From Rebecca billardiae RCC1528 (Eukaryota > Protista > Haptophyta), in the NCBI GenBank assembly GCA_965240325.2, contig OZ251242.1, positions 806,001 to 870,000 of the forward strand: 64,000 bases of DNA. The letters run 5' to 3'. The notes under the pieces are model-generated. The model was given only the letters and a program-made list of their open reading frames with translations. It was not told the DNA's origin and made no database searches. Below, piece by piece: positions 42,984 to 54,589 of the stretch. Made by a program: the position numbers and the translations under genes. Position 1 is the stretch's first letter, and each line of letters starts with the position of its first letter.

Positions 42984-44603
42984 TCAGGCGCCGCCGAGAC
43001 GCATCGCCGCGACACGCGCGGCCACACCCGTGAGCGCCTGCGAGAGACGCGGTGGCGGCGCGGCGCATGCACACGTGAGCGTTTGGTCGCGGGGCCATCG
43101 GCGGTGCGCGGCTGGCGCGCGGGCGCAGGCAGGGTGTACGCGCACACGCGAGCGGCGCACCTGCGCGCATGAGCCGAGCGCTGTCCGCACGGCGGCGAGC
43201 GAGCTCGAGGCAGCGCCCGGCGCGGCGGCACACAGGGCGCGCACGGCGTCGATGCTGGCGGTCGCGCCCGCCTGCGTCGCATCTGCGAGCACTGCGACGC
43301 ACGCGAGCGTGCCGGCCTTGAGCGCCGACGCCACGCTCGCGCTCGCCGCCCCGGCCGAGGCAGCCGCGGGCCCGAGCTTGGCGATGCCTGCCAGCGTGCC
43401 GGCCTTGAGCGCTGACGCCGCGCCCGCGCTCGCCGCCCCGGCCGAGGCAGCCGCGGGCCCGAGCGCATCGACGCAGGCCAGCGTGCCGGCCTTGAGCGCC
43501 GACGCCGCGCTCGCGGCCACGCCGGCGGCCGCGGCCGCGGCGGGCGCGAGCGGCGCGAGCGCCGGCGCCACCGCGGCGCGTGCGGGCTCCATCAAGACGG
43601 GCGCGAGCCGCTGCAGCGCGACGCACGCCGCGGCGGCCGCCGTGAGCAGAACGATTGCGCCGATCAGCTCGGTGCTCTTGGGCAGCGGAAGGATGAGCTG
43701 CAGCCAGGAGCGCGGGGTGCGCGACGAGCGCGGCGCCGCGGGCGCGTCCACGGCCGCGCTGGCGTCCGTGGCCGCGACAACCGCGCCAGCGGAGGCGGCC
43801 GCAGCCGACCCATCCATATTTGCCGCAATCTGATCCGTATCTCCCGCAATCTGATCCGTATCTCCCGCAATCTCGTACGCGTACGCCGCGGCGCCCTCGA
43901 GGGGCTGGGCCGCGCCCTCGAGCTGGTCGGCGTACGCGCCGTCCTCCTCGAGCGGCGCGCCCTGCTGCTCCTGCACGCCCTCGTCCATCTCCGCGTACTC
44001 CTCCATCAGGTTGTCCCGCACTTTCCCGACGGCCTTGTACAGGAAGGGCAGGACAGCGGGCGCGCTGAAGAGGCCGACCGTGTACATGATCGCCGTGTTG
44101 AGCGAGATCACGCCGATGGGCAGGCCCGCCGCCTGCGCCGCGGCCTGGCCCGCCTTGGCCGTCGCCGCGGCCGCGCCCGTGGCCGCCGCGCCGCCAGCCG
44201 CCGCGCTGCCGCCGGCCGCTGCCGCGCCCGCCGGCGCCTTTGGCAGCGGCGGCAGCCCGCGCCGCTGGCGCGCGAGGGCCTGCACGAGCTCCTCGTCGCC
44301 GACCTGGCCGAGAAGGCCGCCGAGGTAGAAGGACGAGCCCGTAAGTGCTGCCGCCTGCGTGAGCTTGCGCCGCGTGCTCGGCTTCTCGGGCTCGGGTGGC
44401 GGGTCAGGCGAACGCGGCCGCTGCGTGACCGCGCGCAGGTGCCGCGCGCCGCTGCCACGCGCCGCCGCGCGCGGCGACAAGTGGGCGCGCGCATGCGGAG
44501 CGACATGCGCCGACGCAAAGGCCGATGCGAGGGTCAGTGCGGCGACCGCCGCGACCGCCACGCGCCCAATGCTGATCGCGCGCGTCGCGCGAGGCGGCCC
44601 CAT
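42984..44603 (-). CDS. Hypothetical Ala-rich membrane protein with signal peptide and internal repeats
   Basis: Long ORF with a hydrophobic leader; about 3 copies of ASALKAGTLA at an 87-bp period; IAGDTDQ repeated; possible in-frame intron 43160-43038. Confidence 0.6.
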   Translation of the reverse strand: MGPPRATRAISIGRVAVAAVAALTLASAFASAHVAPHARAHLSPRAAARGSGARHLRAVTQRPRSPDPPPEPEKPSTRRKLTQAAALTGSSFYLGGLLGQVGDEELVQALARQRRGLPPLPKAPAGAAAAGGSAAAGGAAATGAAAATAKAGQAAAQAAGLPIGVISLNTAIMYTVGLFSAPAVLPFLYKAVGKVRDNLMEEYAEMDEGVQEQQGAPLEEDGAYADQLEGAAQPLEGAAAYAYEIAGDTDQIAGDTDQIAANMDGSAAAASAGAVVAATDASAAVDAPAAPRSSRTPRSWLQLILPLPKSTELIGAIVLLTAAAAACVALQRLAPVLMEPARAAVAPALAPLAPAAAAAAGVAASAASALKAGTLACVDALGPAAASAGAASAGAASALKAGTLAGIAKLGPAAASAGAASASVASALKAGTLACVAVLADATQAGATASIDAVRALCAAAPGAASSSLAAVRTALGSCAQVRRSRVRVHPACARAPAAHRRWPRDQTLTCACAAPPPRLSQALTGVAARVAAMRLGGA

Positions 44604-44853
44604 CCCTCGTAGCGGAGGGGCGGCGTGCACTCGTGCAGCGAGTCGGTCCAAGATCCTGACTCCTCGGAGGCGCAAGGCCTGTACCGGTGTGCAGTGTGCA
44701 CCGCGTCGCTTCACCTCACCGTGAGGGATCGATCCGGACTACCGTACAGTATCCGGACTCTCGCGGAGCGGGAAACTGGGGAGGTTGAGGCGCGGGCGGA
44801 GCGCCTTTGTGGCCCGCTTGACCCTGCCGCGGCCCGCCCGGCAGCGCGGGGGC

Positions 44854-47800
44854 ATGCTGCCATCGTCGACGCCTCAGCAGCACGGACAGGATACTCCGGA
44901 ATTCCTCACGCTGCTCCGCGAGGTGCGCGACGAGCTCGCCGCGCTCCGCGATGACGCCGGAACGTCCGCCAGCCCTGCACGACTCTCGTGCGCCGTGCCG
45001 GTGCATCAGCTGGCGCCCATACCGCTCGGGGCACTAGGCACGGCAGGCGGCATCACGGTGCCCTTCCGGCCGTATCGGGGCTCAGTGACGCGCGGCTCGG
45101 CGGGGCTGTTCAGCGAGGCGCGCCCCACTGGCCTCGACGCGGCCGCGACCGCCGACGCCGTGCGCAGTGCTCACGAGCGCCTGCTGCGCCAGGGCGAGCC
45201 GCGTCTCTCGGCGCTGCTCAGCGACGGCGGCGCTGCCGAGCCGCTCGGGGCACTAGGCGCGACAGGTGGCATCGCGGTGCCCATGCGCACGCGTATGACG
45301 AGCATCCGTCGGCGAATGAGCTCTGTGGTCAGCGTAAGCCCACATCCCGCCGCGCCCGCGCCCGCCGCTGCCGCCGACGCCGAGGCAGGCTCGGGCAGCG
45401 CGGCGCTCGGCGGCGACGCTGCCTCACGCTGCTCCCCCTCGTCGGAGACGCGCGACCTCGTGGCACAGCTGCAGGCAATGGCTGCGGCACAAGCGGGCGC
45501 CCAGACACGCGTGCCTCAGCGCGGCTCGACCCTGGACGCCGCCGCGCTCCAGCTCGCGCGCAGGAAGGCCGCGCGAGCCGAGCATGCGGTGCGCTCGGAC
45601 GCGCGTTTTGTCTTGCTGCCCGACTGCACGGCGCGGCGTGCGTGGGAGCTGAGCGTCGCGCTCGCGCTCGTGGCGGCCGGCGTGCTCTCGCCTCTCCTCG
45701 CGGCGTTCGCGCCTGAGCTCGGCGTACCCCGCCACCGTGCCGCCTGGCGGGCTCTCGCGCTCCTCGTGCACATGCAGATTGGCGCCGACGTTCCGATGTC
45801 TTTCCGCAAGGCGATTGTGCGCGAGGGAGTGTACGTGACTGCCCCGCGCGCGATCGCCGCGCACTACGCGGGCTCGCGCGCGTTCGCGGTGGACGTGCTC
45901 GCGGCGCTGCCGCTACGGCTCTGCCTTGCGGGCGGCCTGTGGCGCGGGCTCGAGGGCACTGCGGCCGGAGGCCACATCACCGCCGGGCCGGCCGGCGCGG
46001 CCGCAGCCGCCGGCGCCGAGGACGCGCCTCCTGGCAATGATTCGCTGTTGTTTGAGCTGGTGTGTCTCTGGGACCTCCTCAAGCTGGCCAAGCTGTACGG
46101 GCTGCTCTCCGCATTCGAGGCACGCGCGCACGCGCCGCGCCCGCGCGCGATACACCGCCCCGACGTGCCCCGTGCGCGGCGCGCTGGAGGCCAGCTGCGC
46201 GAGGCGCGCGACGTTGACACCAAAGCTCGTCTCGAGCTTGCCGCGCGTGACGCGGTACAGCAGCGTCAATGAGCCCGCTTCGCCCGCGCGCGCGCGCGCG
46301 CTCTCCGTGCGCCGCAGGGCCCTTTGGTGCCAGCCCTGGTCAACCTCTGCCGCATGTGCCTCGTGCTGAGCTTCGTGTGGCTGTGGATGGGCTGCCTGTG
46401 GTGGTACGTCGGCCGCGCGGAGGAGGCGCGGCTCGACGCGGAGGGCCGGCCACGCACCGCCTTCGGCCCGCACAACTTTGTCGACCTCGAGGCCGCGTCC
46501 GCAGCGCTGCGCGTGAGCCGCGCTCTGCTGTGGGGCGTGTCCGTCACCTCCGGACTCGGTCCGGACGTCGAGCCCGAGACGCTGGCCGAGGTGGCGCTGA
46601 TGGGCGCGTGCTCGCTCCTCTCGATCTCGGTGTACGCCGTGGTGATTGGCTCCGCCTCCACCGCCATCTCCAACCTTCAGGCGCCGCAGCTCGAGCGGCG
46701 GCGCGCGCTCGCGCCGCTGAACGATTACATGCGGCAGGCGCGCGTGCCCGAGCGGCTGCGCGCGCGCGTGAACAGCTTCTTCGAGTACCGCGCGCAGTCG
46801 CTGCTCGGGCTGGCGGAGTCGGACGTGCTCGATCGGATGCCCGTCTCACTCTCCGTCGAGCTCAGCATCGCGCTCAACGCGCGGCTCTTCACGCGCGTGC
46901 CGCTCTTCAGCGCGTGCGAGCACACGCTGCTGCTCGCAATGGTGGCGCGGCTCGAGCCGCTCATCTTCGTGCCAGGAGATGTGATTATCACGCAGGGCGA
47001 GGAGGGGCGCGCGCTGTACTTCATCAACAGGGGCACCTGCCTCGTCCTCCACACCGCGCGCGCGCTCGACCGCGCCGCAGCACCGCCCCGCTCCACGCCA
47101 CGCGCCGAGCCCGGGGCCGACGAGATTGCATCTCCCTGCGAGATTGCATCTCCCCGCAATACTAGTAGGTCCAAGCCGAGCCGCCCCGCCGTCTCGTCGT
47201 CCCGCGCCCCGTGGCCGCGCGACAGTGCCGAGGGGCTCCAGCCGCGCCGCGTGCGCACGCCACCCGTCCCGCCGCCGCACGGCGCGCGGCGGCGGCAGCC
47301 AGCAGCGCAGCCCGCCCCGCAGGCGCGCGTGCTCGCCGTCCTCGCCGAGTCTGACTTCTTCGGTGCGCGCGAGCGAGCGCGCACGCGCGACGCGCGCCGC
47401 CTGTTGCGCCGCGCCGTGCCCGCCGCCGTGACGCCCCCTCATCTGCTGCTCGCGCGCACGCGGCGCGACGCGCGCGCCTCCCCGCGGCAGGCGAGCGGGC
47501 GATGCTGTCCGAGTGCCAAACAGCGGCGACGGTGCAGGCGGTGACGTTCGCAGACCTGAGCATGCTGCAGCGTACCGACTTTGAGGACGTGTGCAAGAGC
47601 TTCCCAAGCTTTGCCGCGCAGGTGCGTGTGGAGGCCGCGCGGCTGGAGCGCACGGCGGCGGTCGCGGCGGAGCACGTGGCGGGCGGCGCGCCCGCGCCTG
47701 CGGGCAGCCTGCATGCAGTCGTGCGCGTCGCGCGGCTCATGGGCTGCGCGGCCGGCAGAGCGGCGGTGGCAGCGGACGCGAGCGACGGGCCGGCGTCTAC

Positions 47801-48152
47801 TCGGACGACGACTCGGATGGCACCGGCGGCGGCGGAGGAGCACGCCGCGTGCGCCGCGTCACTCCACGACTGGACTGGCGTCGACGTGAGCGGCCGCGAA
47901 GCGGGTATGCGCGCACACGCGGGCATGGGTGCGCGCGCGCGCACAGTCGATGGGGTCTTCTTCGACGCCCACCAGTGCCGCGCCACCGCGGCGATGCGCG
48001 CATCCCAGCAGACTCCGGATGAAATCACTCTCGGCGTCAACGCGGCGACGGAGGGCAGTAGCCTCCTCCTCTCGACACGCTGCGGGCGGCGCGCGGCGGC
48101 GCCGATGGCAGGCGCGTCCACCAGCGCACTCATGCCCATCGTCGACCTGTGA
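44854..48152 (+). CDS. Cyclic-nucleotide-binding-domain cation channel (KCNH/CNG/HCN-like); introns 46120-46317 (GC-AG) and 47363-47490
   Basis: FVLLPD..RRAWE, IAAHY, DVLAALP, C-linker YMRQARVPERLRARV, PGDVIITQGEEG..LYFINRG, spliced FFGERAML..ATVQA. Confidence 0.85.
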
Positions 48153-49732
48153 GGCACGAGCAGAGAGTCTGGTATAGACTTGCGCGTTGTCAGCACGGCT
48201 CGCCAAGGGCATGCAGGACCGCTCCAACGCCGCGAGTGAGCCCCGGCAGAATCGGACAGCAGCAGGCCGCGCGCGTCAGGCGGGAGATGTAATTCATCGG
48301 GGCCGCTGAGTCTGACGCCGACGCAGGCCGGCGGCCCCGCGCGACGAGCAGGCCGACATGGCCGCACGCGTGCGGGCACCGCGCTGAATTATTGGCCGTA
48401 GTCGGCGCGTATATCGTCATCAGTTCAGTCGACAGTCGCCGTATAGTACATGCGCATGCATACGTTCGCGCAAAGTCAGTTCCCGGGGCCCACGTACTGC
48501 CCATCACTCATCAGGCGCTGCCGCGCGGGGCTCGCCAACCGGGCCAACCACGTTGCCAGCTGGCGCCGCCAGTCACATGCAGTCGTGCCGCATCGACTGA
48601 TGATTCGACACCATCACACCATCGGCATCGACATCTGTCATCCGGCGGTCTGCACACAGACGCCGCGGACACCGCTGCCGCCGGCTGTATACGTATCTGC
48701 TGAATTAATTATTAGTAGTATTTACGTCATCGCTGCTACTACTACAGTTTATAATTAATTTGTTTTAACGTGCGTAAGGCTCACGGTGGCAGGTTGCCGC
48801 GCCATCCTTCATCGCGGCTTCATCGCACGCTCTCCGAAAAGAGACCTGGAAACTGGTTTTGAACCAATGCCGACGAATCAGGAGACCCGCGTCGTCCGCT
48901 AGGCGCTAGGCCTGTGTCGTTAAATCTGATAGGCGGATAGAATGAGTATATATGATTAATATATATATATATATATATTATCATATATATATAGTATATA
49001 TGAGCCGCACGGACGAATTCAGGCGACGACAGCGGCGACCGTGCTAATAGAGAGAGAGAGAGAGCCGTGAGTGCAGGCGGTACCGTGCGTGCTGCAGACT
49101 GCCGAGGAGTCCGACAAAGCGGTGATCGGCCATCGGGTCGGCTGCGGATCGCGGATTACGTCGGCGCCGGAGTAGACCTTGTCGTGCCCCAGGGAGTCCG
49201 CAACAACTGCCTTGCAGGACTGTGGCGGCCAGGACCAGCTGCCGCGCCGCGACAGCACAGACCCCGCGGCCCCGCCCGCCCGCTGGACAGTGGCCGATTT
49301 CGCGGCCGCACGCCGTCAACAGCTGGCACCTGCCCGCCTCGCCACCATCCGGGTGCATCGCCGAGTGCAGTCGAGAGCAGCCGCGCCGCTGGCCAGGCTG
49401 CCGCCACCTGGCACACTATGTGGCGGGGCTGCCGCTGCGCAGCTGCTCTCGATAGCCGCCCTGGGGCTCGCAGTGCGAGCCTGCTGGCGCCTCGGGGTGG
49501 TTGGCAGCCGCCGCGCACCGTCACCGGTGTGCGGCGAAGCCAGCCCGAGAGCGCGCACCGCGTCCGGCGCCGCCTTCGTCCGGGTTCACATGGCCCTGCG
49601 CGGTCGAGTGCGCGGCGCGCGCGCGGGCCCGCTTCACCCGCGTGCGGCTGCCACGCGTCCCTCGCCGCGATGGCGGCGCCTGCAGCGCTCGGCCCGCCTG
49701 CGAGCGCGCGCGCTCAGGGCTTGGCGTGCTGC

Positions 49733-50248
49733 TCAGGCGATGTACGAAAGTGAGGGGCACGCGCCGCCATTGCTGATGGCGGCGTGGTCAGCCATCATGA
49801 AGGAGAGCTCCTCGTCGACCTCGTCGTGCGCGGCCCAATTCGTGGTCACGTACCGCGAGTCGGGCGATCGTGCTCGTCTCGCTCCCGGCGCGGCTGCGGT
49901 GGGCGGCGGCGGCGGCGAGCCAAAGGCTGCAGCGCGCTCGCGCACGGCCGCGCGGGCCGCGGTGTCGAAGGAGCCGGGCGCGAGCGCAGCCGGCGGCGCC
50001 GGCGGCTGCGCGGTTGCGTGCGCGGCGTGCACTGGCGCGGCCAGCGCCAGCGCGGCGGGTGGCGCCGCAGCCGCCAAGGCTGGCTGCGGCGGGGGCGCTG
50101 CGGGCTGCGGCGGCCCCATGGGCCGCGCCGCGCGCGCACGTGCTGCGTCGCCGGGCGAGATGCGCATGTTGTGGAGGAGCTGGTTCAGATGCGCCGTCGA
50201 GTGCTCTGCGCCGCTCGCCTGCGCCCGCAACACTTCCACAGACGCCAT
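49733..50248 (-). CDS. Hypothetical protein
   Basis: ATG-initiated 171-aa ORF divergent from the sulfotransferase gene; no recognised domain. Confidence 0.4.
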   Translation of the reverse strand: MASVEVLRAQASGAEHSTAHLNQLLHNMRISPGDAARARAARPMGPPQPAAPPPQPALAAAAPPAALALAAPVHAAHATAQPPAPPAALAPGSFDTAARAAVRERAAAFGSPPPPPTAAAPGARRARSPDSRYVTTNWAAHDEVDEELSFMMADHAAISNGGACPSLSYIA

Positions 50249-50608
50249 CGCTGCCCGGCGCGCTGTGGATGGAGGTCGTGAGTGGGCGCAACAACTTCAG
50301 TGGTGGCGGCGGATGAGTCGGCTGCTGCAGACCTGCCGCTGCCGCAGCTGCAGGAGGTCTGACCAGGAAAGCCGGGTACTTGACTTGCAGACGAGTCATC
50401 AGCGAGTCAATAGGGCGAACCTCACGACGTCTAAAAAATCATGTGGATCGTCCGCGTCGCCTATCATAGTCGGCGGTCATCGGAAACGACGTCAACGTCT
50501 CAGCTACCGCCCTTGTCTCAGCTCTCCATCCGGACTCCTCACGACTCCAACTTTCCCAGGACGGTCGGCAGGTTTTATTCACGCCGCCATTTCGCGTGAA
50601 GCGATGCG

Positions 50609-52306
50609 ATGGCGGAGGGTACTCGACGGAAAAAAGTGGCGCTCGCGCTGGCATTGCTGGGCGCAGCGGGCGCGCAGGCGGGTCGGCCGATCCTCGCCCA
50701 CCACGCCGGCGAGAGCAGCCGTCCGCAGCCCAACTGCTCCATCGTCATCGACCGGCACAACCACAAGACGGGCGGCACGACGATGCGCAGCATCTTCCTG
50801 CACAACTCGTTCGCGGGCGGGTGTTTGTACTGGGGGTACGGCGTGAACGGCGAGATCTGGGAGCGCTTCATGCGCTATCTCGAGGCCAACCCGCCCAACG
50901 GATCCACGCTCTTCCGCATGTGCATCGAGGCGCATTTTCCGGTCACGTACTTTGAGGCGTCGGTGCCGCGGCTCGCGGCGGTGCGCGAGGCGGCGGCGGC
51001 GCGCGGCTGCGCGGTGACGCTGGTGACGCGCGTGCGCGAGCCGCTTGCCTTCTACCTCTCCTACTTCCGCTGGGCCATCATGGGCCGGCAGCTCGCCGTC
51101 CTCGAGTGCGAGCGCGCACGCGCCCGGGGCACGGATGGCCATCTCTCCGCCAACATGCCCAGGGAGATGGTCTGCGACGCAAAGCCGGCGCCGAGGGGGC
51201 CGAGCGAATGGCGCTGGGGCCGCGACTTTGCGGACTGGGCGAGGCGCACGCCCAACCTGCAGTCGCGCCTCCTCCTCGACGCCGGCGCGTCGCGCTGCGT
51301 CGAGGAGCCCGCCCTCCGCGGCGACTGCCGGCGCAGGCGGCCGTTCGGCGCGGCCGAGCGAGAGCGGCTGTTTGCGATGCTGCGGCAGATGGACGTGGTC
51401 GGCACCACCGAGGCGTTCGACGAGCACGCGCTGCTGGTGCAGCAGCGCACGGGGCTCCCCGACGTGCGCTACGCGCGCGAGCAGCTCAGGTACCGCTACG
51501 TGCCCCCGGGCGACCCGCCGCTGCCACTCGACCATCCACGCCTCTGCGCGAACCGAAGCGCGTGCGCCGAGCTCGTGCGCGCGGTCGCGCCGCATGACCA
51601 CGAGCTGTACGCGCGCTTCGGCGCGGGGTTTGGCGCGCGCGCGGTCGCGGCGCTCGGCGGCGAGGCCGCGGTCGCGCCGCGGCTCGCGCGCCTGCGCGCA
51701 CGCCTCCGCGCGCTCGAGCGCTTCAAGCGCGCGCTGGACGCCGCGGGCGAGGCGAAGAGCAAGGGGCAGCAGGCGAGGATGGACTGGATCGTGGCGCGAG
51801 ACGCGCGCCGGAAGCGCGGCGAGGCCGCGCCGGCCGGCGAGAGGCCGCCGCGCGTGCCTGAAGGGCCGCAGCGCTTCCTGCCGTACACGCGCGCGCGCTT
51901 CTCGCTCCCGCGCGTGTGCCGGCAGACGAAGGACGGCACGCGCTCGCGCGGCGGCACGCCGTGCATGCCCGTGCCGCCCGAGGTGGCGGCGCTCTGGCAG
52001 GACAATCTGCTCAAGAGGCACCCGGCCGACGCCCGGCTGCAGTCGATGCAGGAGTCCACGCCCAGCCTGGGCCAGCTCAGGCCGTACGCCGCCTGGGCGA
52101 GCACGCACCGCGAGCTCGTCGAGGCGGCCGAGATGCCAGTCGTGCCGCCCGCTTGCCCCGAAGCCCAGCTCGCGGCGACGCCGACGAGCGGCGGAGTTGG
52201 AGCCTGGATGACGAGCAGCTGGCATGGGCGGCCCGGGTCGTCTTCCGGTGGGCGCTCGGCGGTGGAGCAGGCGGCAGCGTCGCACCCGGAGCCACGTTGC
52301 CTGTGA
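50609..52306 (+). CDS. Sulfotransferase-like protein (membrane/secretory type)
   Basis: Signal/anchor; 5'-PSB HNHKTGGTTMR; 3'-PB VREPLAFYLSYF; VGTTEAFD; HDHELY. Confidence 0.8.
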   Translation: MAEGTRRKKVALALALLGAAGAQAGRPILAHHAGESSRPQPNCSIVIDRHNHKTGGTTMRSIFLHNSFAGGCLYWGYGVNGEIWERFMRYLEANPPNGSTLFRMCIEAHFPVTYFEASVPRLAAVREAAAARGCAVTLVTRVREPLAFYLSYFRWAIMGRQLAVLECERARARGTDGHLSANMPREMVCDAKPAPRGPSEWRWGRDFADWARRTPNLQSRLLLDAGASRCVEEPALRGDCRRRRPFGAAERERLFAMLRQMDVVGTTEAFDEHALLVQQRTGLPDVRYAREQLRYRYVPPGDPPLPLDHPRLCANRSACAELVRAVAPHDHELYARFGAGFGARAVAALGGEAAVAPRLARLRARLRALERFKRALDAAGEAKSKGQQARMDWIVARDARRKRGEAAPAGERPPRVPEGPQRFLPYTRARFSLPRVCRQTKDGTRSRGGTPCMPVPPEVAALWQDNLLKRHPADARLQSMQESTPSLGQLRPYAAWASTHRELVEAAEMPVVPPACPEAQLAATPTSGGVGAWMTSSWHGRPGSSSGGRSAVEQAAASHPEPRCL

Positions 52307-52556
52307 TCATGGGCAGCGAGCACCGCGTGCGCGCGGTGCTCACCAGTCTGTGGCGCTGCCCCTATGAATAGGTACGTAGTGTAGTGGATGATGAATGCGA
52401 TCTATGGCGGGCCGTTGTACATACGGGTACAGTTTACTAAGAATAAGAGACGCACACAGCTCAGGCAGGCGAAGCGATAAAGTTTCAAGGGTCAGGCAGG
52501 CGAGATTACCACCAACGATGCCGCCTTGCTCGGCGGAGCCACCACATGCATGGGCC

Positions 52557-53843
52557 ATGAGCGCAGCATGGGCGAGGTCGTCACGATCGCTGGCGCGACT
52601 GGCGCTGCTCTCTTGCTGGTCAGCATCAGCGCTCGCGCAACCGGCGGGAGGAAGGGCGAGGCTCTTCTTCGTCATCGACACCATGGATAGCGCGCAGGGC
52701 CGTGAGCTGCGGGCGGCACTGCGCAGAACGTGGCTCGCGGATGTCATGCGCTTCGGGCACGACTACCGCTTCTTCCTATTCGATGTGCGCAGCGGGCACG
52801 ACTACCGCACGAACCGCACCGACACGAACATCGCTCGGATGGGCGACACGGCCGTCGAGCCGGCGGACATGGTCAGATTACCGCACCGCTTCTGGCGTGA
52901 GCTCAGGCCCGAGCGGGAGATGCAGCTCCTTGTCTTTGCGTTCAGCTGGACACTGTCGTCCCTCAGTGCGGCGTCGCGCTCGGTGGACTTCATCGTCAAG
53001 GCGGATCACGACACGTACGTGTGCGTCGATCACCTCGCGCACGACCTGGAATCGCGCCCGCGCGAGCGCTTTTTCGCCGGGCTGTACTGGAATCTGCCAC
53101 GGCCACTGTGCCGAGCAGACCAGTTTTTTAACGTCTACTCACCCGACGTGCTGCGGCGCGCGCTCGAGCGGCACGAGGTGGACCCGTTCTGGCAGGCGGA
53201 GGGTGGGCACCCAGCGCTCAACTGGGCGAAGAACTGGGGTGAGTACTCGGCCACCCTGTGGGCGCGACACGAGCTCACCGTGGTCAGCGACGTGGTGCGC
53301 ACGGACTCGCAGCTGAGCAACTACACACCCTCGCTCGCGCAGATCCAGGGTCAGTACGGCCGGCACGCGTGCGCGCGGCCTGTCGCTGAGGGGCCTGGGA
53401 GCTGCGCATTCTACTGCGCGTCGCGGCTGCTGCTCCACCTGTTTGCAAAAGGCGTGCACAAGGACCCAAAGGTGCTGCAAGTGCTGCACAGCAACACACA
53501 GGACTTCCACAGCCGGCTCAGGCTGCGGGGCGGCGGTGAGAGCGGGCTGCGCTGGCAGTACCCTCGCGCGCCAGCGGCGGTGAGTGCCCCGTCGTGCCTT
53601 GCCTCGCAACCACAGCCCAGCGACAGCAGAGGAGGAGAGGGCATTCGGACGACCTCACAACGGCGGCCTGGCCTGGCGAGCACAGTGGAGCGCAAGCACG
53701 CGGCCAAGTGCTCCCGTTCTAGATGCGACGGCGGTGGTGGCAGCGCCGCAGCTGCAGCAGCAGCCACGTCAAAGCGCACTGCTGACAGTCACCACAGCGG
53801 CGGACGGATTGTGCGCATGATGCAGGGGCCGCACACGACTTGA
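52557..53843 (+). CDS. GT31-like galactosyltransferase
   Basis: RAALRRTW, FIVKADHDTYV (DxD), signal peptide; start uncertain (52518 or 52557). Confidence 0.7.
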   Translation: MSAAWARSSRSLARLALLSCWSASALAQPAGGRARLFFVIDTMDSAQGRELRAALRRTWLADVMRFGHDYRFFLFDVRSGHDYRTNRTDTNIARMGDTAVEPADMVRLPHRFWRELRPEREMQLLVFAFSWTLSSLSAASRSVDFIVKADHDTYVCVDHLAHDLESRPRERFFAGLYWNLPRPLCRADQFFNVYSPDVLRRALERHEVDPFWQAEGGHPALNWAKNWGEYSATLWARHELTVVSDVVRTDSQLSNYTPSLAQIQGQYGRHACARPVAEGPGSCAFYCASRLLLHLFAKGVHKDPKVLQVLHSNTQDFHSRLRLRGGGESGLRWQYPRAPAAVSAPSCLASQPQPSDSRGGEGIRTTSQRRPGLASTVERKHAAKCSRSRCDGGGGSAAAAAAATSKRTADSHHSGGRIVRMMQGPHTT

Positions 53844-54589
53844 CTCGGACAGTACGGTTTCAGCTCCGGGCAGCTAGGCCGGCTCATTATACACGTACGG
53901 GCCGTCGTCAGCCGTAACGACGGCCCGTCGGCGCGGGCGTCGCCGCGGGCGCGGCGTCGCGAAGCCGACCACACTCACATCGGCGTGGTCGGCGGTGGAC
54001 GCATCAGGCCATCATGTGAGGCCATCGGCATTATCAGGAGGCGGCGCGGTGCCGCCGCGGTGTGAGTGTGACGCCTGACGGTGACGGGTGAATGCGCATG
54101 ATGATATACGGTCTACTGATACTAGAGTCTAGATCAGTAGATGCGGTCCATCAGCATTAGTCGGTCACAATTTCACCGGGCCTGCCGGCGCAGACCACAC
54201 GACGCCTGACAGGCTGACTCAGACTACTAGTACTCGTCGTCACCGGCGCGGGCGGCGGCGCCCGCGCTGGCTGCGCGGGCGCGAGCGCGACTCAGAGACA
54301 GAGAGCAGCCTTGTCCGGAGACCGGACTGCTGAGTTCGTCATCCGATCACGGCGCCGAGCAGGCGCTTCGCCGCTGCTTGCTGACAAGTCACTAGGCAGT
54401 TGAGACAGTTCGTCAGTCGACTCCGCAGTCGTCACTTGCCTGCCGCCTGCTACCAGGTAGCTGAGTACTTCCGGTGTACCCGGCCGGGTGAGTAACTAGT
54501 TACGGCCCCCTTTATGATAGCTTTCATGAGCAAGCTTTGGCCCGTGAGCCGTGACCAAGTGATGACCAACCGCCACTTCGCAGCTCAGC

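Noticed and set aside
49179-50846. 555-aa plus-strand ORF
   Set aside because: No domain signal; it overlaps better-supported genes on both strands
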